Assembly (NCBI GenBank): GCA_963664325.2
Contig: CAXXDQ010000003.1
Location: 416,001 to 480,000 of the forward strand
Source: Desulfomonilia bacterium
Lineage (GTDB): Bacteria > Desulfobacterota > Desulfomonilia > UBA1062
Length of the DNA stretch: 64,000 bases
Direction: 5' to 3'
Positions 19,417 through 28,315 of this stretch are shown here, in pieces. The notes beneath the pieces are model-generated. The model was not told the origin of the DNA. It ran no database searches and was given only the letters and a program-made list of their open reading frames with translations. Made by a program: the position numbers and the translations under genes. Numbering within the stretch: position 1 is the stretch's first letter; the number at the start of each line of letters is the position of its first letter.

Positions 19417-20904
19417 TTATCTTCGCCATTGACCGAGGCTTTGCCACGGCGTCGGGTAATCATCGGCGGCCGGGCCTGCCGTCTGGACCTTTTTTTTGCC
19501 CGCGATTTCATCGATGATGTAAGCGATACGCGCGATATCAATATCCGGCTTTTCGGGTCTCCAGCAGGGGAAATGGGTATTGATGAAATCGGTATATGTT
19601 TGCCCTTCTGCAAAAGGGATGGAATTGAGGATGTCCATCAAAAAAGCAATAGGCGTCTTCACACCGAGGATCACATACTCCTTGAGAGCACGCACCATGC
19701 GCCTGATTGCGTCTTCACGGTTTGACGCATAGACGATCAGTTTGGACAGGATGGGGTCATACTCGACAGGGACATTAAATCCCGAGTAGATCCCGCAGTC
19801 GTTCCTTATGCCCGGGCCTGACGGCTCTTTCATGAATTCGATTTTTCCGGGCGAAGGGAAGAATCCCTGTTCAGGGTCTTCGGCGTATATGCGGCATTCG
19901 ATGGCATGTCCCCTGCCTGCAATATCCTTTTGAGTGAAGGGCAGAGGGTTTCCTTCTGCAATCCGGATCTGGAGCCTGACCAGATCGAGACCGGTAATCA
20001 TCTCGGTGATAGGATGTTCGACCTGGAGACGGGTGTTGACCTCAAGGAAATAAAAATTGCCGTCCTTGTCCAGGAGAAACTCAACCGTGCCTGCATTGAC
20101 ATATCCCGAAGCCCGGGCAGCCATTATTGCGGCATTTCCCATACGCTCGCGCAGCTCCGGCGTCATGGCGGGCGACGGGGTCTCTTCGATGATCTTTTGG
20201 TGGCGCCTTTGGATGGAGCATTCACGTTCCAGCAGGTGAACGGTGTTCCCGAAGCGGTCAGCCAGTACCTGAAATTCGATATGCCTGGGGCACTGTATAT
20301 ATTTTTCAAGGTAGATGGAATCATTTCCGAACGCGCGCTTGGCTTCGTTGGCTGCCGATGTACATGCTTCGTGCAGATCACTTGGCGTCTCTACCAGCCT
20401 CATGCCTTTGCCTCCGCCTCCTGCAGCAGCCTTTATCAAAACCGGATAGCCCAGTTTGTCGGCCTCGCTCGCCATGATTTCCTTGTCGGATTCCGGACAG
20501 AACATGCCCGGGATTACAGGCACACCGTTTTTAATCATGGTCTGCCTTGCCGTGGTTTTATCACCCAGGCTGCTTATTACCGAAGACGGCGGTCCGATAA
20601 AGACAAGGCCCTCGGCTTCGCACCGCCCGGCAAAACCGGGGTTTTCAGCCAGGAAACCGTAACCGGGATGAATTGCCTCGGCCCTGCTTTCTTTGGCTGC
20701 ATTGATTATCTTATCTATATTCAGGTAGCTCTCGGAAGGTTCCGGACTTCCTAGATATACGGCATGAGATGCTTTCAGTACATGCAGGGCCTTCCTGTCC
20801 GCATCGGAGTAAACGGCTACAGTTGATATACCCATTTCATGGCAGGTGTTCATGATACGCAGGGCGATCTCTCCCCTGTTTGCGATCAGTATCTTTTTAA
20901 ACAT
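19417..20904 (-). CDS. Biotin carboxylase subunit of acyl-CoA carboxylase
   Basis: ILIANRGEIA, HPGYGFLAEN, GGGGKGMR, ERECSIQRRHQK, EVNTRLQVEHP. Confidence 0.96.
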   Translation of the reverse strand: MFKKILIANRGEIALRIMNTCHEMGISTVAVYSDADRKALHVLKASHAVYLGSPEPSESYLNIDKIINAAKESRAEAIHPGYGFLAENPGFAGRCEAEGLVFIGPPSSVISSLGDKTTARQTMIKNGVPVIPGMFCPESDKEIMASEADKLGYPVLIKAAAGGGGKGMRLVETPSDLHEACTSAANEAKRAFGNDSIYLEKYIQCPRHIEFQVLADRFGNTVHLLERECSIQRRHQKIIEETPSPAMTPELRERMGNAAIMAARASGYVNAGTVEFLLDKDGNFYFLEVNTRLQVEHPITEMITGLDLVRLQIRIAEGNPLPFTQKDIAGRGHAIECRIYAEDPEQGFFPSPGKIEFMKEPSGPGIRNDCGIYSGFNVPVEYDPILSKLIVYASNREDAIRRMVRALKEYVILGVKTPIAFLMDILNSIPFAEGQTYTDFINTHFPCWRPEKPDIDIARIAYIIDEIAGKKKVQTAGPAADDYPTPWQSLGQWRR

Positions 20905-20915
20905 GGTTAACTCCG

Positions 20916-22532
20916 CTACATCCTGAAAATTCCATATCCATAAACATCGTCACGGATGGGGGCGTTCAATGCAGCTGATATGGCTAGACCCAGGACGTCC
21001 CTCGTGTCGGCCGGGTCCAGGATGCCGTCGTCCCACATGTTCGCCGTGCTGTAATATGCGTTGCTTTCTTTTTTTGCCGAGCTGATTACAGGTTCTCTGA
21101 TGAGGTCTTCCTCTTCTTTTGTCATGGGCGGCAGGCCTTCCTTGGCAAGCTGGTCGTTGCGCAATGTTACAAGGACTCCGGACGCCTGCTCGCCACCCAT
21201 GACGGCGATTTCGGCATTGGGCCACATCCAGAGGAGACGCGGTGAATAAGCCCTGCCGCACATGGCATAGTTGCCTGCGCCGAATGATGCCCCGACAATT
21301 ATTGTGAATTTAGGGACGGTCGATGTGGCGACCGCATTGACCATCTTATGCCCGTTTTTCGTAACACCCTGACGTTCATACTCCCTGCCGATAATAAATC
21401 CGTTGATATTCTGCAGGAATATAAGCGGGATCTTCCTTTTGTCGCAAAGCTGTATGAACTGTGTCCCCTTGAGAGCGCTGTCGGGGAACAATACTCCGTT
21501 ATTGCCGAGAATGCCGACCGGATAGCCGTGGAGATATGCCCATCCGCACACCAGCGTGGGGCCGAAGAGTTCCTTGAACTCAAGAAATTCACTCCGGTCA
21601 ACGATTCGTGCAATAACTTCCCTTACGTCGTACGGGACCTTGAGCTCACGGCTTACGATCCCGTAAATCTCTTTCGGGTCATAAAGAGGTGGAGCAGGTT
21701 CCTGCATCGACAGCCTGTACTTTTCATTTGATGGAAGATTCTTGATGATGCTCCGTATTATGGAAATTGCGTGCGCATCGTCGTCGGCATAATAATCTGA
21801 CACCCCTGATTCGCGGCAGTGAAGGTCCGCGCCGCCCAGATCGTTTACGCTCACTTCTTCTCCAGTGGCAGCCTTTACAAGCGGCGGGCCGCCTAGAAAG
21901 ATGGCGCCTGTCCCTTTTACGTGAATGGTCTCATCGGACATGGCCGGGACGTAGGCACCGCCCGCAGTACAGAGTCCCATAACAGCCGTGATCTGTGGCA
22001 CCCCCATTTTTGACATTATCGCCTGGTTGTAAAAAATCCTCCCTCCGTCATCGACATCCGGAAAGACCTCGGACTGAAGCTGAAGGTAGCCTCCTGCGGA
22101 ATCGATGAGGGTTACAAGGGGCAGCCTGTTTTCCATGGATATCAGTTGCGTGCGCAAGGTTTTCTTTACCGTGAGGGGGTAGGTGGCTCCGCCCTTGATC
22201 ATGGCGTCATTGCCGCTTACCATCACTTCCTTTCCGCTCACGATGCCGATGCCTGAGACAAGACCCGCCCCGTGAATCTTGCCGTCATACATATCCTTGG
22301 CCGCCATGGGCGCAATTTCAAGAAAGGGTGTATTTTTATCCAATAGCAGCTCGAGCTTTTTTCGCATGGGGAGTTTTCCCTGGGACAAAAGGCGCTCGAC
22401 CGCTTTGGGGGAACGGTCGTCCCTGGCCCTTTTTAATTCATTTTTCAGCTCCTCTACCAGGGCTTCCATTGCGGCATAATTCTTGCGGTATTCAACTGAT
22501 GCGGTATCGATTCTTGTTTCAATCGCATCCAT
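20916..22532 (-). CDS. Carboxyltransferase beta subunit (methylcrotonyl-/geranyl-CoA carboxylase, LiuB/AtuC-like)
   Basis: DSAGG.LQLQ, GGRIFYNQA, CTAGGAYVPAM, GASFGAGNYAMCGRAY, GIFRM terminus; start moved to ATG 22532 after GGAGG. Confidence 0.93.
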   Translation of the reverse strand: MDAIETRIDTASVEYRKNYAAMEALVEELKNELKRARDDRSPKAVERLLSQGKLPMRKKLELLLDKNTPFLEIAPMAAKDMYDGKIHGAGLVSGIGIVSGKEVMVSGNDAMIKGGATYPLTVKKTLRTQLISMENRLPLVTLIDSAGGYLQLQSEVFPDVDDGGRIFYNQAIMSKMGVPQITAVMGLCTAGGAYVPAMSDETIHVKGTGAIFLGGPPLVKAATGEEVSVNDLGGADLHCRESGVSDYYADDDAHAISIIRSIIKNLPSNEKYRLSMQEPAPPLYDPKEIYGIVSRELKVPYDVREVIARIVDRSEFLEFKELFGPTLVCGWAYLHGYPVGILGNNGVLFPDSALKGTQFIQLCDKRKIPLIFLQNINGFIIGREYERQGVTKNGHKMVNAVATSTVPKFTIIVGASFGAGNYAMCGRAYSPRLLWMWPNAEIAVMGGEQASGVLVTLRNDQLAKEGLPPMTKEEEDLIREPVISSAKKESNAYYSTANMWDDGILDPADTRDVLGLAISAALNAPIRDDVYGYGIFRM

Positions 22533-22593
22533 ATAAAAAACCTCCGTGAGCGATGAATAATGATATAAATGACATATTAAAATATTTAAAATG

Positions 22594-22635
22594 AATTTAA
22601 TTAAATTACATAATAACATTCAATAAAAGTGTCAA
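22594..22635 (-). promoter_or_regulatory. Putative atu-operon promoter (TTGACA on the minus strand) with palindrome AATTTAATTAAATT
   Basis: Perfect 14-bp palindrome at 22594-22607 just downstream of the -35/-10 region; the AT-rich context lowers its significance. Confidence 0.45.
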
Positions 22636-22821
22636 GTTATTTATTAAAGATATTTACACGGATATGCTGATCTGGAAATTTTTTATGAAACAAGGATTTA
22701 TTGGTGATTCTGGAAGGTTTAATGGGGCGGAATTTGATATATCTTATTTATGGAATATTGGAATAAGCATGCTAAGCCATTATTCCTGCACAAATTCAGG
22801 AATAATGGCTGTTTTCACTTT

Positions 22822-24540
22822 CTATCCTATAAGTTTTTTACGGCGATCATCCGAATCAAGACCGAGCTGACCGCCCGGGTTCATTATGTTGTTTGGGTCA
22901 AAGTGGCGTTTTAGGGCCCTGAGCACGGCCATCTGTTCGGCTCCGAGATGCTTGTCCATCCAGGGACCGATAAGCCTTCCCACCCCATGGTGATGGCTTA
23001 ATGACCCTCCGTTGTTCTGTATTGCATCGACAATACCTGCGTGGAATTCCCTGAATTCCTTCGGGTCATTGAGTTTCATTATAAAAATAAAATAGAGGTT
23101 TGTGCCCTGAGGGTAGAAATGCGAAGCATGGGTCATGCACATCGTACGCGGTCTTGCCTTGATGTATGCCCGGACGCCCTTATGCAGCCTGTGCAGGTTG
23201 TCCCACGTGACACCTGCTTCGAGGGTGTCGATCTGGATGCCGTAATCGCCCAGGTCTTCCCTCATGTAGGGCTCGGTGTAACGCGTCTTTTCCCATTTCT
23301 TAACGGCATAACCGCTCAGGTTTATTGCGCCGTGTTTTTTTACTATTTGGGCTATCTTGGACTTTACGAGCCTGGTGTAATCGGCGTCACCTTCACAATT
23401 ACCGAGACATAGGCAGCGTTTCATGGGCATGAAACCTTTTTTCTGCAGAAATTTATCCACAAAACCAGGCATGCCATAGAGCTTTAGCCCTCGATCGGTT
23501 TCCTCGGGGTCCGATATACGGTATATGGCCGGTTTGCCGAATTCAGACTGCATGATTTCACGGCTGGCTTCAACGGCGGCCTCCCATGAGGGATACATAT
23601 AACCGAAGCGCTGGCGGTTATGAGGCATATAACGGAATATTTTCATGGTACATTCCACGAGAATACCAAATGTTCCCTCCGAACCTTTCATTATATCGTT
23701 TATCTTCGGGCCGGTTGCCGTTGCCGGAAAATCGAGGGTTTTGAAGTTGCCTGCTGGTGTTACATATTCCTGGCTGAATACGATGTCATATGCATCGCCG
23801 TAATAAGTGGAAGCCTGGCCTGAACCGAGCGTCACAATCCATCCACCGACGGTTGAGTATTCAAATGACTGAGGGAAGTGCCCGCAGGTATAACCCAGTT
23901 TTGTCCCGTAAAGCCCGGGTGCATTGTTCAACGCATGCTCATAGGCTGGCCCGTACATTCCTGGCTGGACAACGGCAGTCTGGTTTATTTCGTTTATTTT
24001 AAGGAGTTTGTTCATATGTGTGCTGAGCACGAGGGTAACTCCGCCTTTTGACGGCTTACATCCGAAGTTGACGGATGAACCTGCAGCGAATACTGTTATC
24101 GGTATCTTCTGGCCGTTGCAGTATTCAACAATTGCGGCAACATCATGTTTGTCCCTGGGATGCAGAACGATATCGGCCACTTCGCTGATGAGCCCTTTCC
24201 TGAGTTCGAGCATTTCCTCCGTCGTCTTGCCGTATGAGTATTTTACTCGGGAGAAGTCATCAATAGCTGCATTTCCTTTACCGACAATTGCCGAAAGCTT
24301 CTCTATATGCTCGGACTCGATGGAAGACTGTCTATTCAAGCTGACTTTGGAATTGCCTTCGTCAATTTTTTTCTGAAAATCAGCATCTGTCAGACCGAAA
24401 TCCTCCTTCATCATTTCATACCAGTGAGAACTCGGGTGCTTGAAATGATTAGGATTGCCATATTTGAATATTGACCTGAAAGAACCTTGTGCTGGTGACG
24501 TTTCAGTCCACGATGGAATAAAATGTTTTTTCCCAAACAT
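22822..24540 (-). CDS. Alkyl-dihydroxyacetone-phosphate synthase-like FAD oxidoreductase
   Basis: GHFPQSFEYSTVGGW, GSEGTFGIL, THASHFYPQGTNLYF, SHHHGVGR, DPNNIMNPG (VAO/AGPS family motifs). Confidence 0.85.
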   Translation of the reverse strand: MFGKKHFIPSWTETSPAQGSFRSIFKYGNPNHFKHPSSHWYEMMKEDFGLTDADFQKKIDEGNSKVSLNRQSSIESEHIEKLSAIVGKGNAAIDDFSRVKYSYGKTTEEMLELRKGLISEVADIVLHPRDKHDVAAIVEYCNGQKIPITVFAAGSSVNFGCKPSKGGVTLVLSTHMNKLLKINEINQTAVVQPGMYGPAYEHALNNAPGLYGTKLGYTCGHFPQSFEYSTVGGWIVTLGSGQASTYYGDAYDIVFSQEYVTPAGNFKTLDFPATATGPKINDIMKGSEGTFGILVECTMKIFRYMPHNRQRFGYMYPSWEAAVEASREIMQSEFGKPAIYRISDPEETDRGLKLYGMPGFVDKFLQKKGFMPMKRCLCLGNCEGDADYTRLVKSKIAQIVKKHGAINLSGYAVKKWEKTRYTEPYMREDLGDYGIQIDTLEAGVTWDNLHRLHKGVRAYIKARPRTMCMTHASHFYPQGTNLYFIFIMKLNDPKEFREFHAGIVDAIQNNGGSLSHHHGVGRLIGPWMDKHLGAEQMAVLRALKRHFDPNNIMNPGGQLGLDSDDRRKKLIG

Positions 24541-24734
24541 GATGAATCTCCTTTTCTAAAATAATAAATGCTATTCAGTAGGAAGTCCTAGCAAGTTCGC
24601 CGTTAATTCTATACCATTAGTCCAGGACAGACCAGCCTTTATAAACCAGGCGGTTGATTTTGGAAACATTAAAAATTCAAAAAATGATTTTTTTTTATCA
24701 AATAAAATTATATTAGTATCAACAGGGGGATGAC

Positions 24735-25856
24735 ATGAAATCATCTGACAGGTTCATCTGGCTTGTGGCTTTCATTTCTTGCTTTGTCATTGCATGCTGT
24801 TCGAATGACAAGGGAGGAGAAAGTTCAGGTTCAGGCGAGGCGATTTCCGGCAAAGATATTATACCTCCTACACCCGGAAAAATCATTTCAGTGAAAGCAT
24901 CAGGTCTGAAAACCATAACGGTTTCATGGGAAGCGTCTTCTGATAATGAGACACAGCAAAAAGATCTTCAATACAAGCTCATTTATTCAAATAGGAATAA
25001 TATCAGCACTGTTGAAAGTGCGGAAAAAAACGGCACTGTCATCATGGGCTGGACTCCCGGGACACTGTCAAGGCAGATAAAGGGGATGTCGGCGGCTGAC
25101 ACCTTCTATTTTACTGTACTTGTCAGGGACAGGGCAGGAAATATTGCATTGTATATGCCGCAGGTCCTTTCAACAACGGATTCGACACCACCTGTTGCGA
25201 AGGGTCCGGTGTCCGTCAGCAGTATATCAAGAGACAGCCTTATGGTTTCGTGGCCGCCGGCAATGGATGATGTGACATCCCAGGAAAAACTTCAGTATAA
25301 ACTGTTATACACGACCCCCAACAACATAAAGATGATTGCCAACGTCGAAAACAGCGGTACGCTGATAATGGATTGGACTGCGAATGTAAAATCAAGGCAG
25401 GTGAACGATCTGGCTTCGATGAACACATATTATTTTGTCGTGATGGTTAAGGATGAAGCTGGGAACAAGACCATGTACACTCCGCAGAAGAGCAGTACCC
25501 TTGACGCAGGTGCACCAGGCCCTGGAACGAATGCACCTTCAGGTGAATCCGGGGTCACAGTGAGTGATATAACATCAGACAGTGCCACGGTTTCATGGGG
25601 GATTGCAAATGACGATGCGGTTTTGAATGAAAAACTTCAGTACAAGGTGGTTTATTCAACATCCCGGAATATTGATAATGTGAGTGATGCCAATGCCAAC
25701 GGACAGATTGCGCTGGGATGGACTGCCAATGTGAATTCCTACAGAATAAACGGTCTGGAACCATCGACAACATATTATATTGCAACACTGGTCAAGGATG
25801 AGGCCGGGAATGAGACACTTTACGGATTCCGTGAAGTGTCGACTCTACCGCGTTGA
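24735..25856 (+). CDS. Lipoprotein with three fibronectin type III repeats
   Basis: Lipobox-like VIAC; three repeats of VSW..A.D....LQYK..Y...N...WT...Y....V.D.AGN..Y. Confidence 0.8.
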   Translation: MKSSDRFIWLVAFISCFVIACCSNDKGGESSGSGEAISGKDIIPPTPGKIISVKASGLKTITVSWEASSDNETQQKDLQYKLIYSNRNNISTVESAEKNGTVIMGWTPGTLSRQIKGMSAADTFYFTVLVRDRAGNIALYMPQVLSTTDSTPPVAKGPVSVSSISRDSLMVSWPPAMDDVTSQEKLQYKLLYTTPNNIKMIANVENSGTLIMDWTANVKSRQVNDLASMNTYYFVVMVKDEAGNKTMYTPQKSSTLDAGAPGPGTNAPSGESGVTVSDITSDSATVSWGIANDDAVLNEKLQYKVVYSTSRNIDNVSDANANGQIALGWTANVNSYRINGLEPSTTYYIATLVKDEAGNETLYGFREVSTLPR

Positions 25857-25968
25857 GGGATTCAGGATAGCTGAAGAAAGGCAGAGATGACTTTTGTTGA
25901 AAGGAAGGGTTCTTTCTGATGGTCGTCTCTGTTAGAATTTATGTACAGCAGAAAACCGGGAGGTAAAC

Positions 25969-27561
25969 ATGTCTTTGCCGGACAGACAAAACCCTTATTC
26001 GTTCGATGAATTTCTTTCATGGAGGAAATCCATAGACTATTACCTTGATGATGAGTTCCTGCAGAAGGCTTTAAGGCATTTTTCAGCTCATGACTGGGAG
26101 AATGTAGATATTGAACTTAAGAAGATGTCTGCAAAAGCCTCTTATGATTGGCGGGATTTGAGTGATGCCATAGCTGTGCCTGAAAAAAGGCCCTATTTGA
26201 TTAATTTTGACGGCCATAATCACAGGATAGACAGGATCGCAAGACCGGCGGAAACACTAAAACTCGAAAAGGAGATATTTTCCCAGGCAATATTTTCTGA
26301 AGGAACAAATCCCTGGGCACGTCTTGCAAAGATGTATCTGATATACCAGAATGGAGAGGCCTGCGTAGCCTGCCCGATAGTGTGTACGGAAGGACTGATT
26401 GCCCTGCTTGAACGATATGCAGATACACCGGAGCTGAAAAATATACTTAAGCATTGCAAAGAAGGCGTTAATGGTAAATTCGGCATCGGTGCACAATACC
26501 TGTCGGAAATACAGGGCGGGTCTGATGTTCCTTCAAACCTTCTTGAAGCAGTCAAGGACGGCGATTTTTGGCGTTTATATGGCACAAAGTTTTTCTGCTC
26601 GGCCACTCACGCCGATTATGCGGTTGTTACAGCAAAACCGAAAGACAGTGAGAATATCGGTCTTTTTGTCGTTCCTTCATGGCTTCCCGGAGATAAGGAA
26701 AAAGAAAAAAGAAACGGTTATATGATAGACAGGATCAAATGGAAGATGGGTACCAGTGAGCTTACAACTGCGGAGCTTTCTTTCAATGGTGCTGTTGCAT
26801 ATCAGGCAGGCCCTCTCGACAGGGGACTTGCCAATGTTGTGGGAATTGTTCTCACCTACTCAAGGCTTACGGTTGGATTATCAGCAGCGGCGAGCATGAC
26901 GCGTGCGGCGCGCGAAGCAAAGGGATATGCCGAAAGGAGATCTGCTTTCGGTCTCAATATTGATTTATTCCCGATGCTCAAAGGGCAGCTTGCAAAACTG
27001 GAACTCTATGCAAAAAGAACGACTGCGGGGGCATTCAAGCTGTATCATGAATTCCTTGCAATTCCCGGTGGTCTTAAGGGCGGTATTGGTGTTGATGAGC
27101 CTGAAGAAACAAGAAAAAAACGTTTTAGAATAAGAGAACTTATTATGCTGCAAAAAATTACCGCCTCATGGGATGCAACCGATATGCTCAGGCTGGCAAT
27201 GAGCGTCTTCGGCGGGCATGGGGTGATGGAGGATTTTTCATCCCTGCCGAGGCTTTTCAGAGATGCTGCTATCAACGAGTTATGGGAAGGGCCTCGTAAT
27301 GTTCTACTTACACAGATTCACAGGGATTTATTGAAGGCCGCAGCATGGTATCCACCCGGATTAATTGTAAAAGACATCTTGTCGGGAGCTGATAAGACAG
27401 TGATTGCCGACCTTTCTGGTAGAATGAAAGAACTCTCGGAAAGTAATCTTCTCGGGGAGGGAGAGTCTTCAATAATAGCGTGTGAAAAATGGGATATCTT
27501 CTGCCATGAACTTTTTCACGCCTATCAGGATATTGCGCTTGGAGAGGTAAATAAAGGGTGA
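25969..27561 (+). CDS. Acyl-CoA dehydrogenase (AidB-like)
   Basis: LSEIQGGSD, YGTKFFCS, KWKMGT, FGGHGVMEDF, ELWEGPRNV. Confidence 0.88.
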   Translation: MSLPDRQNPYSFDEFLSWRKSIDYYLDDEFLQKALRHFSAHDWENVDIELKKMSAKASYDWRDLSDAIAVPEKRPYLINFDGHNHRIDRIARPAETLKLEKEIFSQAIFSEGTNPWARLAKMYLIYQNGEACVACPIVCTEGLIALLERYADTPELKNILKHCKEGVNGKFGIGAQYLSEIQGGSDVPSNLLEAVKDGDFWRLYGTKFFCSATHADYAVVTAKPKDSENIGLFVVPSWLPGDKEKEKRNGYMIDRIKWKMGTSELTTAELSFNGAVAYQAGPLDRGLANVVGIVLTYSRLTVGLSAAASMTRAAREAKGYAERRSAFGLNIDLFPMLKGQLAKLELYAKRTTAGAFKLYHEFLAIPGGLKGGIGVDEPEETRKKRFRIRELIMLQKITASWDATDMLRLAMSVFGGHGVMEDFSSLPRLFRDAAINELWEGPRNVLLTQIHRDLLKAAAWYPPGLIVKDILSGADKTVIADLSGRMKELSESNLLGEGESSIIACEKWDIFCHELFHAYQDIALGEVNKG

Positions 27562-27591
27562 ATGCAATTTTTCTGGCAAGTAAAGACAGGT

Positions 27592-27621
27592 TTGTTATAA
27601 TTATGATGATGATTATAACAA
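27592..27621. promoter_or_regulatory. Inverted repeat TTGTTATAAT-N10-ATTATAACAA upstream of the response regulator
   Basis: Perfect 10-bp arms; the left arm contains a TATAAT hexamer. Confidence 0.55.
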
Positions 27622-27646
27622 CACCTTTAATATTAAGGAGCCTCAA

Positions 27647-28315
27647 ATGAGGATACTGATTATTGAAGACGAAAAAAAGGTGGCGGGTTTTTTAAAGAAT
27701 GGCCTCAAAGAAGAAGGTTATGCTGTGGACAATGCATTTGACGGTCAAACCGGTTTTGATATGGCTGTTGAAAATGAATATGACATAATCATCCTGGATC
27801 TTATGCTCCCGGGTCTTGACGGGATTACATTATGTAAAAAACTCAGAGAAGAAGGCAACCATACGCCAATATTAATGCTTACCGCCAGGGAAGCAGTTAA
27901 AGACAGGGTTATTGGGCTTGATGCAGGGGCAGACGATTATATGACAAAACCGTTTGCATTCGAAGAGCTTCTGGCGCGGGTCAGGGTTATTCTCAGAAAA
28001 AGACCTGTCACTCAGGAATTGAAACTTGAAATCGGTGATCTTATTCTTGACCTGATTACCCATAAAGTCAAGCGCGGTGGAGATGAAATTGAACTCACCA
28101 CAAAGGAATATGCGCTGCTGGAATTCCTGATGAGGAATGCAGGAACGATCGTTACCCGCACCATGATAGCAGAACATGTATGGGATATAAATTTTGAAAC
28201 CTTCACCAATGTCATCGATGTTTACATAAACTACCTCAGAAACAAGATAGATCGCGACCATGACGAAAAGCTTATCCATACGGTGAGGGGAAGGGGATAT
28301 GTTCTTAAAAAGTAA
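27647..28315 (+). CDS. OmpR-family response regulator (CusR/CzcR-like)
   Basis: IIEDE, ILDLMLPG, GADDYMTKPF, TNVIDVYINYLRNKID, TVRGRGY. Confidence 0.95.
   Translation: MRILIIEDEKKVAGFLKNGLKEEGYAVDNAFDGQTGFDMAVENEYDIIILDLMLPGLDGITLCKKLREEGNHTPILMLTAREAVKDRVIGLDAGADDYMTKPFAFEELLARVRVILRKRPVTQELKLEIGDLILDLITHKVKRGGDEIELTTKEYALLEFLMRNAGTIVTRTMIAEHVWDINFETFTNVIDVYINYLRNKIDRDHDEKLIHTVRGRGYVLKK

Noticed and set aside
22533-22821. Recurrent ATTCAA-like motif in several promoters (also near 2378, 2489 and 58662)
   Set aside because: Too short and AT-rich to separate from background without statistics.
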